A stretch of DNA of 63,997 nt, the filler included, from an uncultured Myxococcia bacterium (GTDB lineage Bacteria; CAZTWC01), in NCBI GenBank assembly GCA_964617105.1. It is 13 parts of 13 records of this genome, joined end to end, with 100 filler letters (N's around TTAATTAATTAA, not from the genome) between each part and the next. Parts side by side here need not be neighbours in the genome. Positions count along the whole stretch, not along the records: positions 50,050 to 54,843 come from CAZTWC010000282.1; positions 54,944 to 59,700 come from CAZTWC010000283.1; positions 59,801 to 63,997 come from CAZTWC010000315.1; 10 more parts are not named here. The stretch is one strand, 5' to 3'. Under the pieces are notes generated by a model, which worked only from the letters and a program-made list of their open reading frames with translations, ran no database searches and was not told the origin of the DNA. Positions 52,610-63,222 of this stretch are shown piece by piece. The translations under genes and the position numbers were made by a program. Position 1 is the first letter of the stretch. Each line of letters starts with the position of its first letter.

Positions 52610-53533
52610 ATGAGAGTATCAGAGAAACTGAATTACTGGACAGCTACCAGAAACATTGCGGAAAACCGTTACAAACTCACCCAGGCAGAGGAGATGGTGT
52701 CCACGGGTAAACGTATCAACCGCCCATCAGATGATCCTATTGGGGTTCAGAAATTGCAAGGTTTTAAAAATATGGGTGAGCGATTGGACTACTTTCAGCA
52801 CAATATAGAGCGGGGACAAATGTTGCTGGAAGGTTCCGATTCTGCTCTTAATGAGGCGGCATCTATTTTAATAAGAGCCAAAGAGTTGACCTTGCAGTCC
52901 ATCAATGGAACTTTGAACGAAGATGACCGCAAAGGAGCTGCTCAGGAGGTTCGGGGATTGAAATCCATGCTTACCGGTCTGGCCAACACGGTTATAGATA
53001 ATGTCTATGTGTTTGGTGGCTATAAAAATGCAACCAATCCTTTTAATACCCAAACCGGCGAATGTACTGGCGATAGCAATATGCTACAGGTGGAGGTGGG
53101 AAACGGAGTGAAACAGGCGGTAACCGCCAATGGTATGAACGCATTTATAGGCAATAGTGCATTCAACGATAGTGATCCTGATAATTATTACAATGGCGAT
53201 ACGGTTAATATTTTTAAGATGCTGAATAATTTGGAAGAAGCATTGGTCAATGATGAGACCGAAAAAGTCCGGGCCGAGTTGAGCAGGTTGGATATGGCCT
53301 TCAAGCAGATAAACACCACCCGTTCCGATATGGGTGTCAAGATGAACCGGTTGGATATTTCCCAGACCATTTTGGAGAAAACCAAAGAAGATACAGAGAA
53401 GAAAATCAAGGAGATAGAAGACGCAGATATTGTAAAGGTGATCTCCGATTTTACACAGTATCAGAAAACTCTGCAGTCCTCTCTGGTTGCTGCCACCAAA
53501 GTGACAAACCAATCCATTCTTAATTATATATAA
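52610..53533 (+). CDS. flgL: Flagellar hook-associated protein FlgL
   Basis: STGKRINRPSDDP, YVFGG, SILNYI. Confidence 0.93.
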   Translation: MRVSEKLNYWTATRNIAENRYKLTQAEEMVSTGKRINRPSDDPIGVQKLQGFKNMGERLDYFQHNIERGQMLLEGSDSALNEAASILIRAKELTLQSINGTLNEDDRKGAAQEVRGLKSMLTGLANTVIDNVYVFGGYKNATNPFNTQTGECTGDSNMLQVEVGNGVKQAVTANGMNAFIGNSAFNDSDPDNYYNGDTVNIFKMLNNLEEALVNDETEKVRAELSRLDMAFKQINTTRSDMGVKMNRLDISQTILEKTKEDTEKKIKEIEDADIVKVISDFTQYQKTLQSSLVAATKVTNQSILNYI

Positions 53534-53729
53534 TCGTCTAGTTTCTGCCGAAAAACTATTAACCCCCTTTCCCCTTCGTGGATCTCCCTCTCCCCTTCGG
53601 ACATTTTATCCTTTTCTCTTATTCACAATTCTGTTTGAAACTTTCCTTTAAATATAGTAAATTGGTAAACGAAATTAAATATATAGTGAATTAGATAAGT
53701 GTACTTTGATCTACCAGGGATGAAAAATT

Positions 53730-54843
53730 ATGTTTGACCAGAAAAAAAATGGTTCAGGTTATTGGCAGGTGTTTTTTCTAATGATTATGACGCTGCTTCT
53801 ACTGTTTGCCTTCTCATGCGGTGACGACAGTAAACCCTTGGATAATGAAGAAAATGGTGCTGGCGGCAATGGCTCCACTGCTGAAAAATGCGTGGACAAC
53901 GATAAGGATGGCTTTGGGGTCAATGAAAATGGGCAATGTCCCAAGCGGGGAGTAGATTGCAATGATAAAGAGGCCAATATTTATCCTGGCGCCCAGGAGA
54001 CCTGTGGAAATGGCGTTGATGAAGATTGTGATGGCAACGACCAGATTTGCGAACAGAGTTGTAATGATTACGATAATGACGGGTATGGTTTCAGCGGAGT
54101 GAATTGTCCGAAAACCGGGACGGACTGCAATGATTCTAATCCACAGGTTAATCCTGGGGTAGAGGAGATTTGCGGTAATGGAGTGGATGACGACTGCCAG
54201 AACGGCGACAAAACCTGCCAGGGAGCCTGTGTTGATAACGATCAGGACGGTTATGGAGTGTTAGGCGCTTGTCCCAAAGAGGGATTGGATTGCAACGATG
54301 CGGATAGTGCTATCAATCCCAGTGCTAAAGAGGTCTGCGGCAACGGTATTGATGATGACTGTAAAGATGGAGATAGTCTTTGTCCAGACCACTGTATCGA
54401 TTTAGACGGCGATGGTTACGGAACCTCTGGTAAATGCACAAAAACCGAACTCGACTGCAATGATTACGATGAAAAAATCTATCCCGGCGCCAGTGAGGTG
54501 TGTGGCAACGATAAAGATGATGACTGCAAAGATGGAGACCAGAAGTGCTCGCAGGATTGTATTGACAATGATCAGGACGGTTACGGCCAAAGCAGCAAAG
54601 ATTGCCCCAGGCAAGAAATCGATTGTGACGACACTGACCCGGCTGTAAATCCGGGTCGGGCCGAAGTCTGTGGCGATGGAGTTGACCAGGATTGTAACGG
54701 CAAAGATAAAGTTTGCCCTAAGGATTGTGTAGATGCTGATGGCGATGGCTACGGCATTGGCAAAGATTGTCTGGGCACTGATTGCGATGACACCAATGTG
54801 GCTGTTTATCCCGGAGCGGCTGAGATATGCAGTGACAACATAG
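53730..54843 (+). CDS. Lipoprotein with six tandem MopE-like Cys/Asp metal-binding repeats (3' partial)
   Basis: Lipobox AFSC; CxDxDxDGY/F...DCN/DD...PGA.E.CGNG.DDDC repeats. Confidence 0.85.
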
Positions 54844-54962
54844 NNNNNNNNNNNNNNNNNNNNNNNNNNNNNNNNNNNNNNNNNNNNTTAATTAATTAAN
54901 NNNNNNNNNNNNNNNNNNNNNNNNNNNNNNNNNNNNNNNNNNNAACAAGCGGTTTCTGCTAG

Positions 54963-55559
54963 AAAAGCCCTGTCTGCTTTAACCGCAGCCCAGAAGGCGA
55001 AATTGAGGCGGCCTGGGAATACCACCATAAAATTACCGGAGCCGCGGGCAACAATTCGCCCGGCCTGAGGTTTGACGGCACTCCCTGGAAAGTAACCACT
55101 CCAGCCACTGCCCAACTGATTATCAACGAGTTACTACCCAATCCAGTTGGCACTGATAGGCCGGCTGAGTTTATCGAGATTGTAAATATTGGCACAGCCA
55201 AGGCCGATTTGGTTGGTTGGACCATCAGTGATGTATCCAGCAAACGCCATACGTTTGGCGGCACCATTCTGTGGCCCGGCCAGGCTATCGTGGTATATGG
55301 CAAGACTCCTCCGGCGGGCATAAACAATGCCATTGCTTCCAGTACAGGCTATCTTAGCCTAAACAACAGTGGTGAAACCATAACCCTTAAAAATGCGGGG
55401 GGTGAAGTCAAAGACACTGTGACTTATAGCAAAAGCAAGGAGGGAATCTCGCTAAACCGGGAAAAAGATGGCAAGGCAGGCACCATTCTGGTGAATCACA
55501 ATACCATCAGCCAACATCCCATGTCACCGGGACAAAAGACTGACCTTAGTCAGTGGTAA
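54963..55559 (+). CDS. Lamin-tail-domain protein (5' partial)
   Basis: LIINELLPNP..EFIEIVN..DLVGWTISD, LSLNNSGETITL, SPG. Confidence 0.8.
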   Translation, partial: KSPVCFNRSPEGEIEAAWEYHHKITGAAGNNSPGLRFDGTPWKVTTPATAQLIINELLPNPVGTDRPAEFIEIVNIGTAKADLVGWTISDVSSKRHTFGGTILWPGQAIVVYGKTPPAGINNAIASSTGYLSLNNSGETITLKNAGGEVKDTVTYSKSKEGISLNREKDGKAGTILVNHNTISQHPMSPGQKTDLSQW

Positions 55560-55908
55560 GGGTGAGAGGGGTTAGAAGGAATTCTATACCATTGAGTATT
55601 TCAGTTAATCTTTGGGGGGAAACCCGACCGATCTTCTCTTTCAAATCAGCCTTATCTACCGTGTGAATTTGGGATATGTTGACCACACTCTGTTTGGGAA
55701 GATTTGCTTCTCCTTTGGCAAGCAACACATTACCGGGAGCCCTGCCGCGGTTGAGATTTGTAGTTAACGTACAAACCACCACTGTGTTTATTTTGCTTAC
55801 ATTAAATAGATTGTTTTGAACCACAATATGAGGATGTTTAAAACCAGGTTCAGAACCCCTGGGCTCACCAAGGTCCACCCAGTATATTTCACCTTGCTTT
55901 ATTTTCAT
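55546..55908 (-). CDS. mazF: PemK/MazF family toxin
   Basis: GEIYWVDL..PRGSEPG..HPHIVVQNN, SVVNISQI.TVDK. Confidence 0.92.
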   Translation of the reverse strand: MKIKQGEIYWVDLGEPRGSEPGFKHPHIVVQNNLFNVSKINTVVVCTLTTNLNRGRAPGNVLLAKGEANLPKQSVVNISQIHTVDKADLKEKIGRVSPQRLTEILNGIEFLLTPLTLTTD

Positions 55909-56159
55909 TTCTTCTCAATAAGTGCTTTGCGATGTTTTTGGCGCATGGCAGTAGCCACAGCAATATCTTCTGCATCAGGTTCATCACTGTAAACTTCATT
56001 TAATTGGACCAAAAATTGCCGACTTTCCAGATTATGCAAGTAATCTTTCATGGCCAAAGCAAACAAACGGCTGCGTGAAATATCCATTTTTTCAGCCATT
56101 TTACAAACCTGTTGAAACAGGTCCGGGTCTAAGGAGATAGCGGTTTTTACTCCAGGCAT
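55905..56159 (-). CDS. RHH/CopG-type antitoxin
   Basis: KTAISL...ISRSRLF; ATGA overlap with the toxin. Confidence 0.85.
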   Translation of the reverse strand: MPGVKTAISLDPDLFQQVCKMAEKMDISRSRLFALAMKDYLHNLESRQFLVQLNEVYSDEPDAEDIAVATAMRQKHRKALIEKK

Positions 56160-56184
56160 GGAACACCTCAGTCATATCAACGAT

Positions 56185-56199
56185 TATACTATTAGTATA
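56185..56199. promoter_or_regulatory. Candidate autorepression operator of the toxin-antitoxin operon
   Basis: Palindrome TATACT-att-AGTATA about 25 bp upstream of the antitoxin ATG. Confidence 0.45.
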
Positions 56200-56631
56200 C
56201 TGATTCTTATTACCGTTGTCAATACTGATAATTTCGGAGCATTTCGACATGTGGCAAATTTCGATCTCGAAGCCAACCCGGGTGCACTGGTTCTCCGCTG
56301 TAGGCTTCGCTCCGCCGCAGGGCCTACGGGTTGTTTAAAGGATCTATCTGATGTTCTCAAGGCAAAGTATGGTTCTCTATACAGATATTTTTCTTGCAGG
56401 TAAAACCAGTTGGGCAGGGTTGGCTGCTGCAGGTTGGCTGCTGCAGGTTGGCCGCCAGCAAAGGCCGCCTGTGGGGTCGCGATAACATTCTCTATCAATC
56501 TCATCCAGCATATTCATCAATTTTGACATTATCTAATGGCTTGCACAAGAAAATTTTCGCTTTAGGTAAAACTTAAATTTTGTTATAACGTATGAGTGAA
56601 CAAATAAAAATTTGGGGGCAAAGTTACTATT

Positions 56632-57621
56632 ATGTCTAAAAAAATTATCTTGACCGGGATTCAACCTTCTGGCGCTATTCATATTGGCAACCTGATCGGG
56701 GCCATCAAGCCGATGACCAAACTGATTGAGGAGAATCAGGTCTTTTTTTTCCTGGCTGACTATCATGCTATTACGGCTGAATATCGGGTGGAAGAGATGC
56801 AAAAGCGCATATTTAACGCTGCAGCCGTTAATATCGCCTGTGGAATAGATCCTGAAAAGTGTGTCTTTTTCATTCAATCTGATGTGCCGGAACACATCGA
56901 ACTATCCTGGATATTGTCTTGCGTAACCCCCATGGGCAAGATGGAACGGATGACTCAATACAAGGATAAGGCTAAACGCCAGTCGAAAAATATCAACCTG
57001 GGTCTTTTCTCCTACCCGGTTTTACAGTCTGCCGATATTTTACTATACAAGGCCAATGCGGTGCCGGTTGGTGAAGACCAGGCCCAACACCTGGAATTAA
57101 CCAGAGAGATAGTGCGCCATTTCAACCACCGCTTCGGTCCGGTATTTCCCGAGCCCGCCAGCCTGATTGGCAAAGGGGCAAGATTGATGGGCCTGGATGG
57201 TAAAAATAAGATGAGCAAGAGCCTGAACAATTATATTGAAGTCACTGAAACTTTCAAAGAAATCTGGGAAAAATTGCGGCCCGCAGTTACCGATACCAAG
57301 AGAGTTCGGCGTAACGATCCCGGTAATCCCCCGGACTGCCCCCTCTATCACACCCATAAATGTTTTACCCCGGAAGAAACTATTAACGAAATTGAGGAAC
57401 AGTGCCGCCAGGCGGGTATTGGCTGTTTTGACTGTAAAAAAATTCTGGCTGAACATATGAGCCGCCATTTGGCTCCTATTCGGGAAAAATATTTTCAACT
57501 GCTGGATAAATCCCAACAGGTGGAAGAAATATTATTAGCCGGTGGCCAAGAGGCCCGGCGAGTAGCCCGGCAAACTATGATTGAAGTCAGAGAAGCGGTA
57601 GGGATGAGGAATAGGGATTAG
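56632..57621 (+). CDS. trpS: Tryptophan--tRNA ligase
   Basis: TGIQPSGAIHIGN, YPVLQSADIL, VPVGEDQ, KMSKS. Confidence 0.98.
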   Translation: MSKKIILTGIQPSGAIHIGNLIGAIKPMTKLIEENQVFFFLADYHAITAEYRVEEMQKRIFNAAAVNIACGIDPEKCVFFIQSDVPEHIELSWILSCVTPMGKMERMTQYKDKAKRQSKNINLGLFSYPVLQSADILLYKANAVPVGEDQAQHLELTREIVRHFNHRFGPVFPEPASLIGKGARLMGLDGKNKMSKSLNNYIEVTETFKEIWEKLRPAVTDTKRVRRNDPGNPPDCPLYHTHKCFTPEETINEIEEQCRQAGIGCFDCKKILAEHMSRHLAPIREKYFQLLDKSQQVEEILLAGGQEARRVARQTMIEVREAVGMRNRD

Positions 57622-57647
57622 GATATAGCAAAACAAGGTGTTAAAAA

Positions 57648-59700
57648 ATGCCGACAGAAAAACATAAAATAGCATCCCATCCTATTTTAACTGTAGAAGA
57701 AGCAGAAAATGTGGAGGTAGTTTACAATGGCTCCCCAATGAAACTGGAGAAGGGGATGATGCTATCCTCGGCCCTGATTTCAGAGGGAAAAGATATCTTC
57801 TGTTATCACCCCCATGACAACCATCCCCAGGGTATTTACTGTTCCAATGGGCAGTGTGCCCAGTGCCTTATGCTGGTTAACGGAAAGGCGGTAAAATCCT
57901 GTATTACCCCGGTTGCCCAGGGGATGCAGGTGGAATCGCTCCAGGGACTTCCTCTGCTAAAGGAGAAAACTGGCCAATCCGGGTTTGACAAAATTGAGGT
58001 AAAAGAAACCGATTGCCTGGTGGTGGGAGGCGGCCCATCAGGGCTCAATGCTGCCATCACCGCAGCCTCTATGGGCTTCAGTGTGGTAGTGGTGGATGAC
58101 AAGAGTTCTCTGGGTGGCAAGTTGGTATTGCAGACCCACAAATTTTTCGGCTCTATCGAAGACTGCTATGCTGGCACCCGGGGGATTGATATCGCCAAAA
58201 TCTTAACCCAACAGGTGGAAGATTCTCCCTTGATCCAGGTGATGTTGAACACCCAAACCGTGGGGATTTTCGGCGACCACCGGGTGGGGGTTGTCTGTGA
58301 AGATAAATACACCTTAATTCAGCCCAAAACTCTGCTGGTGACCACTGGAGCCAGAGAAAAATCTTTGGTTTTTCCAGGCTGTGATCTGCCCGGTATCTAC
58401 GGGGCCGGAGCCTTTCAGACCCTGGTCAACCGGGATCTGGTTCAGCCGGCTGACAAAATGGTGATTGTGGGAGGTGGAAATGTTGGATTGATTACCGCCT
58501 ACCATGCCCTGCAAGCCGGCATGACGGTGATAGCGGTGCTGGAAGCTCTGCCAAAAGTGAGTGGTTACAAAGTTCACGCCGACAAGATTGAGCGGTTGGG
58601 GATTCCGGTTTTAACTTGCACCACTATTTTGCAGGCCCAGGGAAAAAATCAGGTTGAGTCAATACTCACCGCCAACCTGGACAAACAATTCCAGATAATC
58701 CCAAACACTTACAAGAGAGTTACTTGCGATACCGTGCTAATCGCCACCGGTCTGAACCCGGTAAATGAGTTCTATCAGCAGGCTATAGAACACAACTTTA
58801 AGGTGTTTGTGGCTGGTGATGCCGAAGAGATTGCCGAAGCCTCTGCCGCCATGTTCAACGGCAAGGTCAAGGGAATGGAAATAGTTAAAAGTTTGCAGCA
58901 AATAACCAGTTCCGGTCCGGAGAGCAGCGATGCGTCAACCAACCCTGGAGTTGACAGCAGTGAGGATTTGCAGCGTAAAGCGGATATCCTCAAGAGCCGT
59001 CCTGGCCGCATCGTTCAAGAGAACTACCACGAAATGGTGGAGTTGAAAGTGTATCCAGTACTGCACTGCCTGGAAGAGATACCATGCAACCCCTGTATTA
59101 CCGTGTGCAAGCAGGAGAGTATCCAACTGGAGAATAAACTAGGCGATATTAGAGATCTACCCTTTTTTCAAGGAGAATGTAATGGCTGCGCCCGCTGCGT
59201 GGCCATCTGCCCGGGTTTGGCCATTACCATGGTAGATAAACGTAAGGCAAAGCCCGGCAAGGCTCATGTGGTGATCCCCTTTGAACTGCTCCCCTTTTTC
59301 CAGGAAGGTGACCAGTTAGAACTATGCGATACCCTGGGGCAAAAACTGGGCCAGGGACAGGTGGTAAAGTTCCGCAATAAAAGGTGGCAGGATCGCACCG
59401 CCCTGGTAACAGTTGAGGTGCCTCTGGAGATAGCCCCCAAAGTAGCTGGTATCGCGATGCAGGATAAAGAGGAGATGCTGGCCAATTTTGTGCCCGTGGA
59501 GGAAAACCAGATTAGCCAAGAGTCTCCGGTGGTGTGCCGCTGCGAAAGAGTGAGAAAAGAAAAGGTTTTGGAGATGAAAGCCCTGGGGGTTCAGGATATG
59601 AACCACTTGAAAACTATCCGTTGCAGCATGGGAGCCTGCGGCGGAAAAACCTGCATCCCTCTAATAAAAGATATTTATGCCCGTGAGGGAGGCGAACCCT
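57648..59700 (+). CDS. FAD-dependent oxidoreductase fusion (2Fe-2S, pyridine-nucleotide-disulfide oxidoreductase, 4Fe-4S, BFD-like 2Fe-2S); sarcosine oxidase alpha / proline dehydrogenase-like (3' partial)
   Basis: GIYCSNGQCAQC, GGGPSG, GGGNVG, CLEEIPCNPC, CNGCARCVAICP, CRCE..GACGGKTC. Confidence 0.85.
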
Positions 59701-59800
59701 NNNNNNNNNNNNNNNNNNNNNNNNNNNNNNNNNNNNNNNNNNNNTTAATTAATTAANNNNNNNNNNNNNNNNNNNNNNNNNNNNNNNNNNNNNNNNNNNN

Positions 59801-59953
59801 CAATTTAGCCGGCAATTGATAACAGAGTGACTTACCTCCACCAGTGGGCATAACGGTAAATACATCCCTGCCCTTGACTATCGACTCAATAATGCTTTTC
59901 TGAAAAGGCCTAAACGAAGTAAATCCAAAAACATCATGAAGCGCTTTTTCCAT
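59801..59953 (-). CDS. recQ: DNA helicase RecQ, N-terminal fragment
   Basis: FGFTSFRPFQ, MPTGGGKSLCYQLPA. Confidence 0.9.
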
Positions 59954-60106
59954 TTTTTGTCATTCCTGATATATGTAAATGTAAGATAGCTAACGGTTAG
60001 AATTTCAATGTCTAAAAATAAGATAAGCAGCAATTATATAAAATCAAGGGTGATTGACAAATTTGACAATCTGAGGCTAATATGTCGCGGACTTATGCAA
60101 TTGAAT

Positions 60107-61381
60107 TTAGTTTTCGGGCATCACGGGCTTATACCAGAGTCCAGCCGAAGCGGTCCAGCGGGTAAATTTTTCTACGCTGGACATCTGATTGAAGAAATAG
60201 CCGCCACCCACCTCCAGGCCAAGACCAGAATAGATTTCCCGACTTATCTTGACCAGGAAAAAATTGCGGTTTTCATCATAATTTTTTACATCTGCTGCTG
60301 GAGAATAGTATCCAGGAAGTTTAATCTGATCGGTATGGCGAAATCCAGCCCGTAAATGGAAAAAGATTTTATCCACCACCAGGGAGGAAAAGTTTAAAAT
60401 AATACTGTGGCGCTTTAAAGAACTGCCATAACTATTGGAGTCGGTGATCCGGTAATAGTAATTCAAGTGACCGATGAAAAAAAAGGGAGAGCCGCTTCGA
60501 GCAGTCAATCCACCTCTAAAAGTATGCACATAGTCGTGCCGCAAGATACCTTTGACCTCGTATTCCTCGTTAAAATTATTAGTCCTGGTGATCTCGCCAA
60601 AGAGGCTCTGGCCTTCAGAATCCTGAAGCACATCCAACTCTTTTTTATCCCCTTTATATTGGCGCCACTCAAAAGTATATCCACTACTGGCGGCAAAAGA
60701 GGGGCCCCAGGGTTTGTAGTTGAGCCTTACTCCTAAAAAAGTCCCTATAAAATCGTATTTATAGTTAGGATCATAGCGAAAATAGATACTTCCCAGGCTG
60801 GGAATCAAATCAAAATGGCTGGATGCTGAATAGATATCGCCGATACTGGTTTGCACATACCAATATTTTTCCGGTACCTGGCGGCTGATATTTTTGCTGG
60901 TTTCCAGCCAGGCCGTTAATTGATGATTTTTGTTTAAACCCTGTAAGTAACGGGCATTAAAATCCAAAATAAACAGATCAGCCTCTGACAGAGATATAAA
61001 TTTTTTCCCGCCAACCGCCGGGTGCAAAGATAGCCTTTTTTTATTCCCCTGCCAATTGAACCAACTTCTAAGCAGAAACCTGGTCAACCAGTCTGGTTTG
61101 GCTCCTTCACTATCCTGTATCCGCAAAGCATTACTGTCATATTCATAAGCACACTGCAGTTTTACCTTACTTTTCCAATTGGACCAGAGTGAACTCTCCG
61201 GCGGAGACGGACTGTGGCTCAAATAAAGATCTCTGGTATGAAGATTCAAAGTTAAGGCCTGGACTGGAGCCGGACAGGGAAGGATTAAAAAATATAAAGA
61301 CAATGCTAATAAAAGATGGGCAAGTATTCTGTTCGAAATAAAATTTGGCCGGTAACGGGAAAAGATTATTGCCAATTTCAT
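60107..61381 (-). CDS. Putative outer-membrane beta-barrel protein
   Basis: Signal peptide; YEYDSNA first strand; alternating aromatic strands to the C-terminus. Confidence 0.65.
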   Translation of the reverse strand: MKLAIIFSRYRPNFISNRILAHLLLALSLYFLILPCPAPVQALTLNLHTRDLYLSHSPSPPESSLWSNWKSKVKLQCAYEYDSNALRIQDSEGAKPDWLTRFLLRSWFNWQGNKKRLSLHPAVGGKKFISLSEADLFILDFNARYLQGLNKNHQLTAWLETSKNISRQVPEKYWYVQTSIGDIYSASSHFDLIPSLGSIYFRYDPNYKYDFIGTFLGVRLNYKPWGPSFAASSGYTFEWRQYKGDKKELDVLQDSEGQSLFGEITRTNNFNEEYEVKGILRHDYVHTFRGGLTARSGSPFFFIGHLNYYYRITDSNSYGSSLKRHSIILNFSSLVVDKIFFHLRAGFRHTDQIKLPGYYSPAADVKNYDENRNFFLVKISREIYSGLGLEVGGGYFFNQMSSVEKFTRWTASAGLWYKPVMPEN

Positions 61382-62778
61382 TTATGATAACGCTCTTTCT
61401 GTATTATTGATTCCATCCGCATAGTAAGACGGCGAATATGGATACTTATCTGTTCCAGCAATGATTGCATGGCCTCCATTTTTACCCGCAGAAACTCTTT
61501 TTTCTCCTTTAGGGTCATTTTTTCAAATTCAGGATATCCCTCAAGTTTCTCCTTTAACTCTTCGTTTAAATGCAAAGAGATAAGATCGGTGCTGGTGTGC
61601 CAACTGCCAACTGCATTATCCTCTTTTTGAGATTCTAAATCAATGGTTTTATCGCTTCCCGGCTCAGGAGGAAAAGCGTTGTAAGAGTTATCAGAATAAC
61701 CACTTCCCGGTGCTCCCTGCAAGTCGGCCGCATTGTCACTGCTATTATCCGCCTCTGCAGATCCCGCTCCATCGTTTTCAGCAATCCCGACTTCTGATGC
61801 CGCCCCAGATCCCGATGTCCCCCCTCCGGCTTCTGCTGCCGCAGAATCAGATGCACTGTCATCTACTGGTGCATCACCTCTCTGACCTCCGGAAGAGGTC
61901 CCTGCCGATGGTTCTTTACCTGCACTTTCGGTATTTCCCGCTGACCCAAAAGTTTTTGATTTCCCGCTTTCCGGTTGAGCAATATCCTTTTGCTCTTTTT
62001 TTGAAGATTCCTTAGTTTGAGTTGAACTTTTTTGAGCCACCAGAAAAAAGGTCTGTTCTTGAAAAAAATTTGCCTCTCCCAGAAACTCGCTCATCTCTTC
62101 GTTTAGGCTCTCAATTTTTTCTACTTCCGCCAGATTATTTTTTATATTCCCCAGTAAAGTATGCAATTTATCACGCTGATCCGCCAGAATATCAATATTC
62201 TCCCTGATCTCATCGGGGCCGTCCAAAGGATTGAGGGCCACCAGGCCATCAAAACTCAGTAGGTGATTATCTCCTCTCCGGCCATTGGTTGGCGATATTT
62301 GTTCCCGAAAGTGATAATAGCGATTCATCAGGCGTTTAAACTCTTCCAATTCTATCTTCAATGCCCGGCTCTCATGTCCCTGAGCCTTTAGCATACGGCG
62401 ATAGTAATAGGCCATCCCCCTCCGGAACAGTTCCTCTAACTGTAAGCTGATCTGATCAAGATGCCGGCGTCTGGAGGTCTGTTCCAACGCCTCTTTTTCT
62501 ATCTTGTCGGCTAAAGTCTGGGATAAGCGAAGTTTTGACAAAAGTTCATCCGTAGCCAGCAAAGGGGCAGCCTCTTTCTGTTTAGCCTTAAGCATCTCTA
62601 TCTGGTTAGCCAGTTTACGGGCTTTTTCTTGCAACAAATCCAATTGTTTTTGTTTTAGTTGTATCTCCGCCACTTGCAGACTAAAGCGCTCCAGATGCTC
62701 TTTTACCTTATGGATGGAAAAACTGCCAAAAGCCAATAATAGACTTAACAGTAATGAAATTTGGATTGCTTTTGTCAA
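61378..62778 (-). CDS. Exported coiled-coil protein with G/S/A/D-rich disordered region
   Basis: N-terminal hydrophobic segment, long coils, DGPDEIRENIDIL.D. Confidence 0.65.
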   Translation of the reverse strand: MTKAIQISLLLSLLLAFGSFSIHKVKEHLERFSLQVAEIQLKQKQLDLLQEKARKLANQIEMLKAKQKEAAPLLATDELLSKLRLSQTLADKIEKEALEQTSRRRHLDQISLQLEELFRRGMAYYYRRMLKAQGHESRALKIELEEFKRLMNRYYHFREQISPTNGRRGDNHLLSFDGLVALNPLDGPDEIRENIDILADQRDKLHTLLGNIKNNLAEVEKIESLNEEMSEFLGEANFFQEQTFFLVAQKSSTQTKESSKKEQKDIAQPESGKSKTFGSAGNTESAGKEPSAGTSSGGQRGDAPVDDSASDSAAAEAGGGTSGSGAASEVGIAENDGAGSAEADNSSDNAADLQGAPGSGYSDNSYNAFPPEPGSDKTIDLESQKEDNAVGSWHTSTDLISLHLNEELKEKLEGYPEFEKMTLKEKKEFLRVKMEAMQSLLEQISIHIRRLTMRMESIIQKERYHK

Positions 62779-62886
62779 CTCGATCCCCGCTCTAAAGGGA
62801 ATTAAACTTTAAACCAAAACTAACTCGGGATTCGGCCGTGGATAGCCAATTACCGGTTAGGGCGCACCACGCCATATCTTTATTTA

Positions 62887-62903
62887 TGCAAAAACTTTGC
62901 CAA
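62887..62903 (-). promoter_or_regulatory. Sigma54 -24/-12 promoter
   Basis: TTGGCAAAGTTTTTGCA fits TGGC-N7-TTGCW. Confidence 0.8.
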
Positions 62904-63222
62904 TATAAACCTACAACTAACATTAAAATAAATCATAGCATCAAAAAACGACATAATTAAACCTTAAAGCTATATTATCATCTTAAATATATTGCAATTT
63001 CAGTTAGTTGCCAAAAATAACATCTATATTATAAAAACCGCGGTAAAAATAAAATCTATCCTATAATCAACTTCAACCATCCACGGATACCAAAAAATAT
63101 TGTAGTTTTCAAAAATTTGAGACAAAAATCTGAAACCATTTGCAAAAACTGAGTGGCATAAACCTGGTTAATCTGCGGGCTGCTACTAATTCGGCCGCAT
63201 CTCGGTTATCAGTATTCTCAAT

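Noticed and set aside
54945-54962. In-frame TAG upstream of the lamin-tail domain, suggesting recoding
   Set aside because: It lies within 20 bp of a contig end, and TAG serves as a normal stop elsewhere in the window (for example trpS and pgi); an assembly error or frameshift is more likely.
56158-56576. Short ORFs between the antitoxin and trpS
   Set aside because: They overlap the operator, hairpin and tandem repeat and show no protein motifs.
5040-59800. TTAATTAATTAA recurring every ~5 kb
   Set aside because: Artificial linker between contigs. ORF-track proteins ending in X...LIN or X...N are linker artefacts, and no adjacency across linkers was used as evidence.
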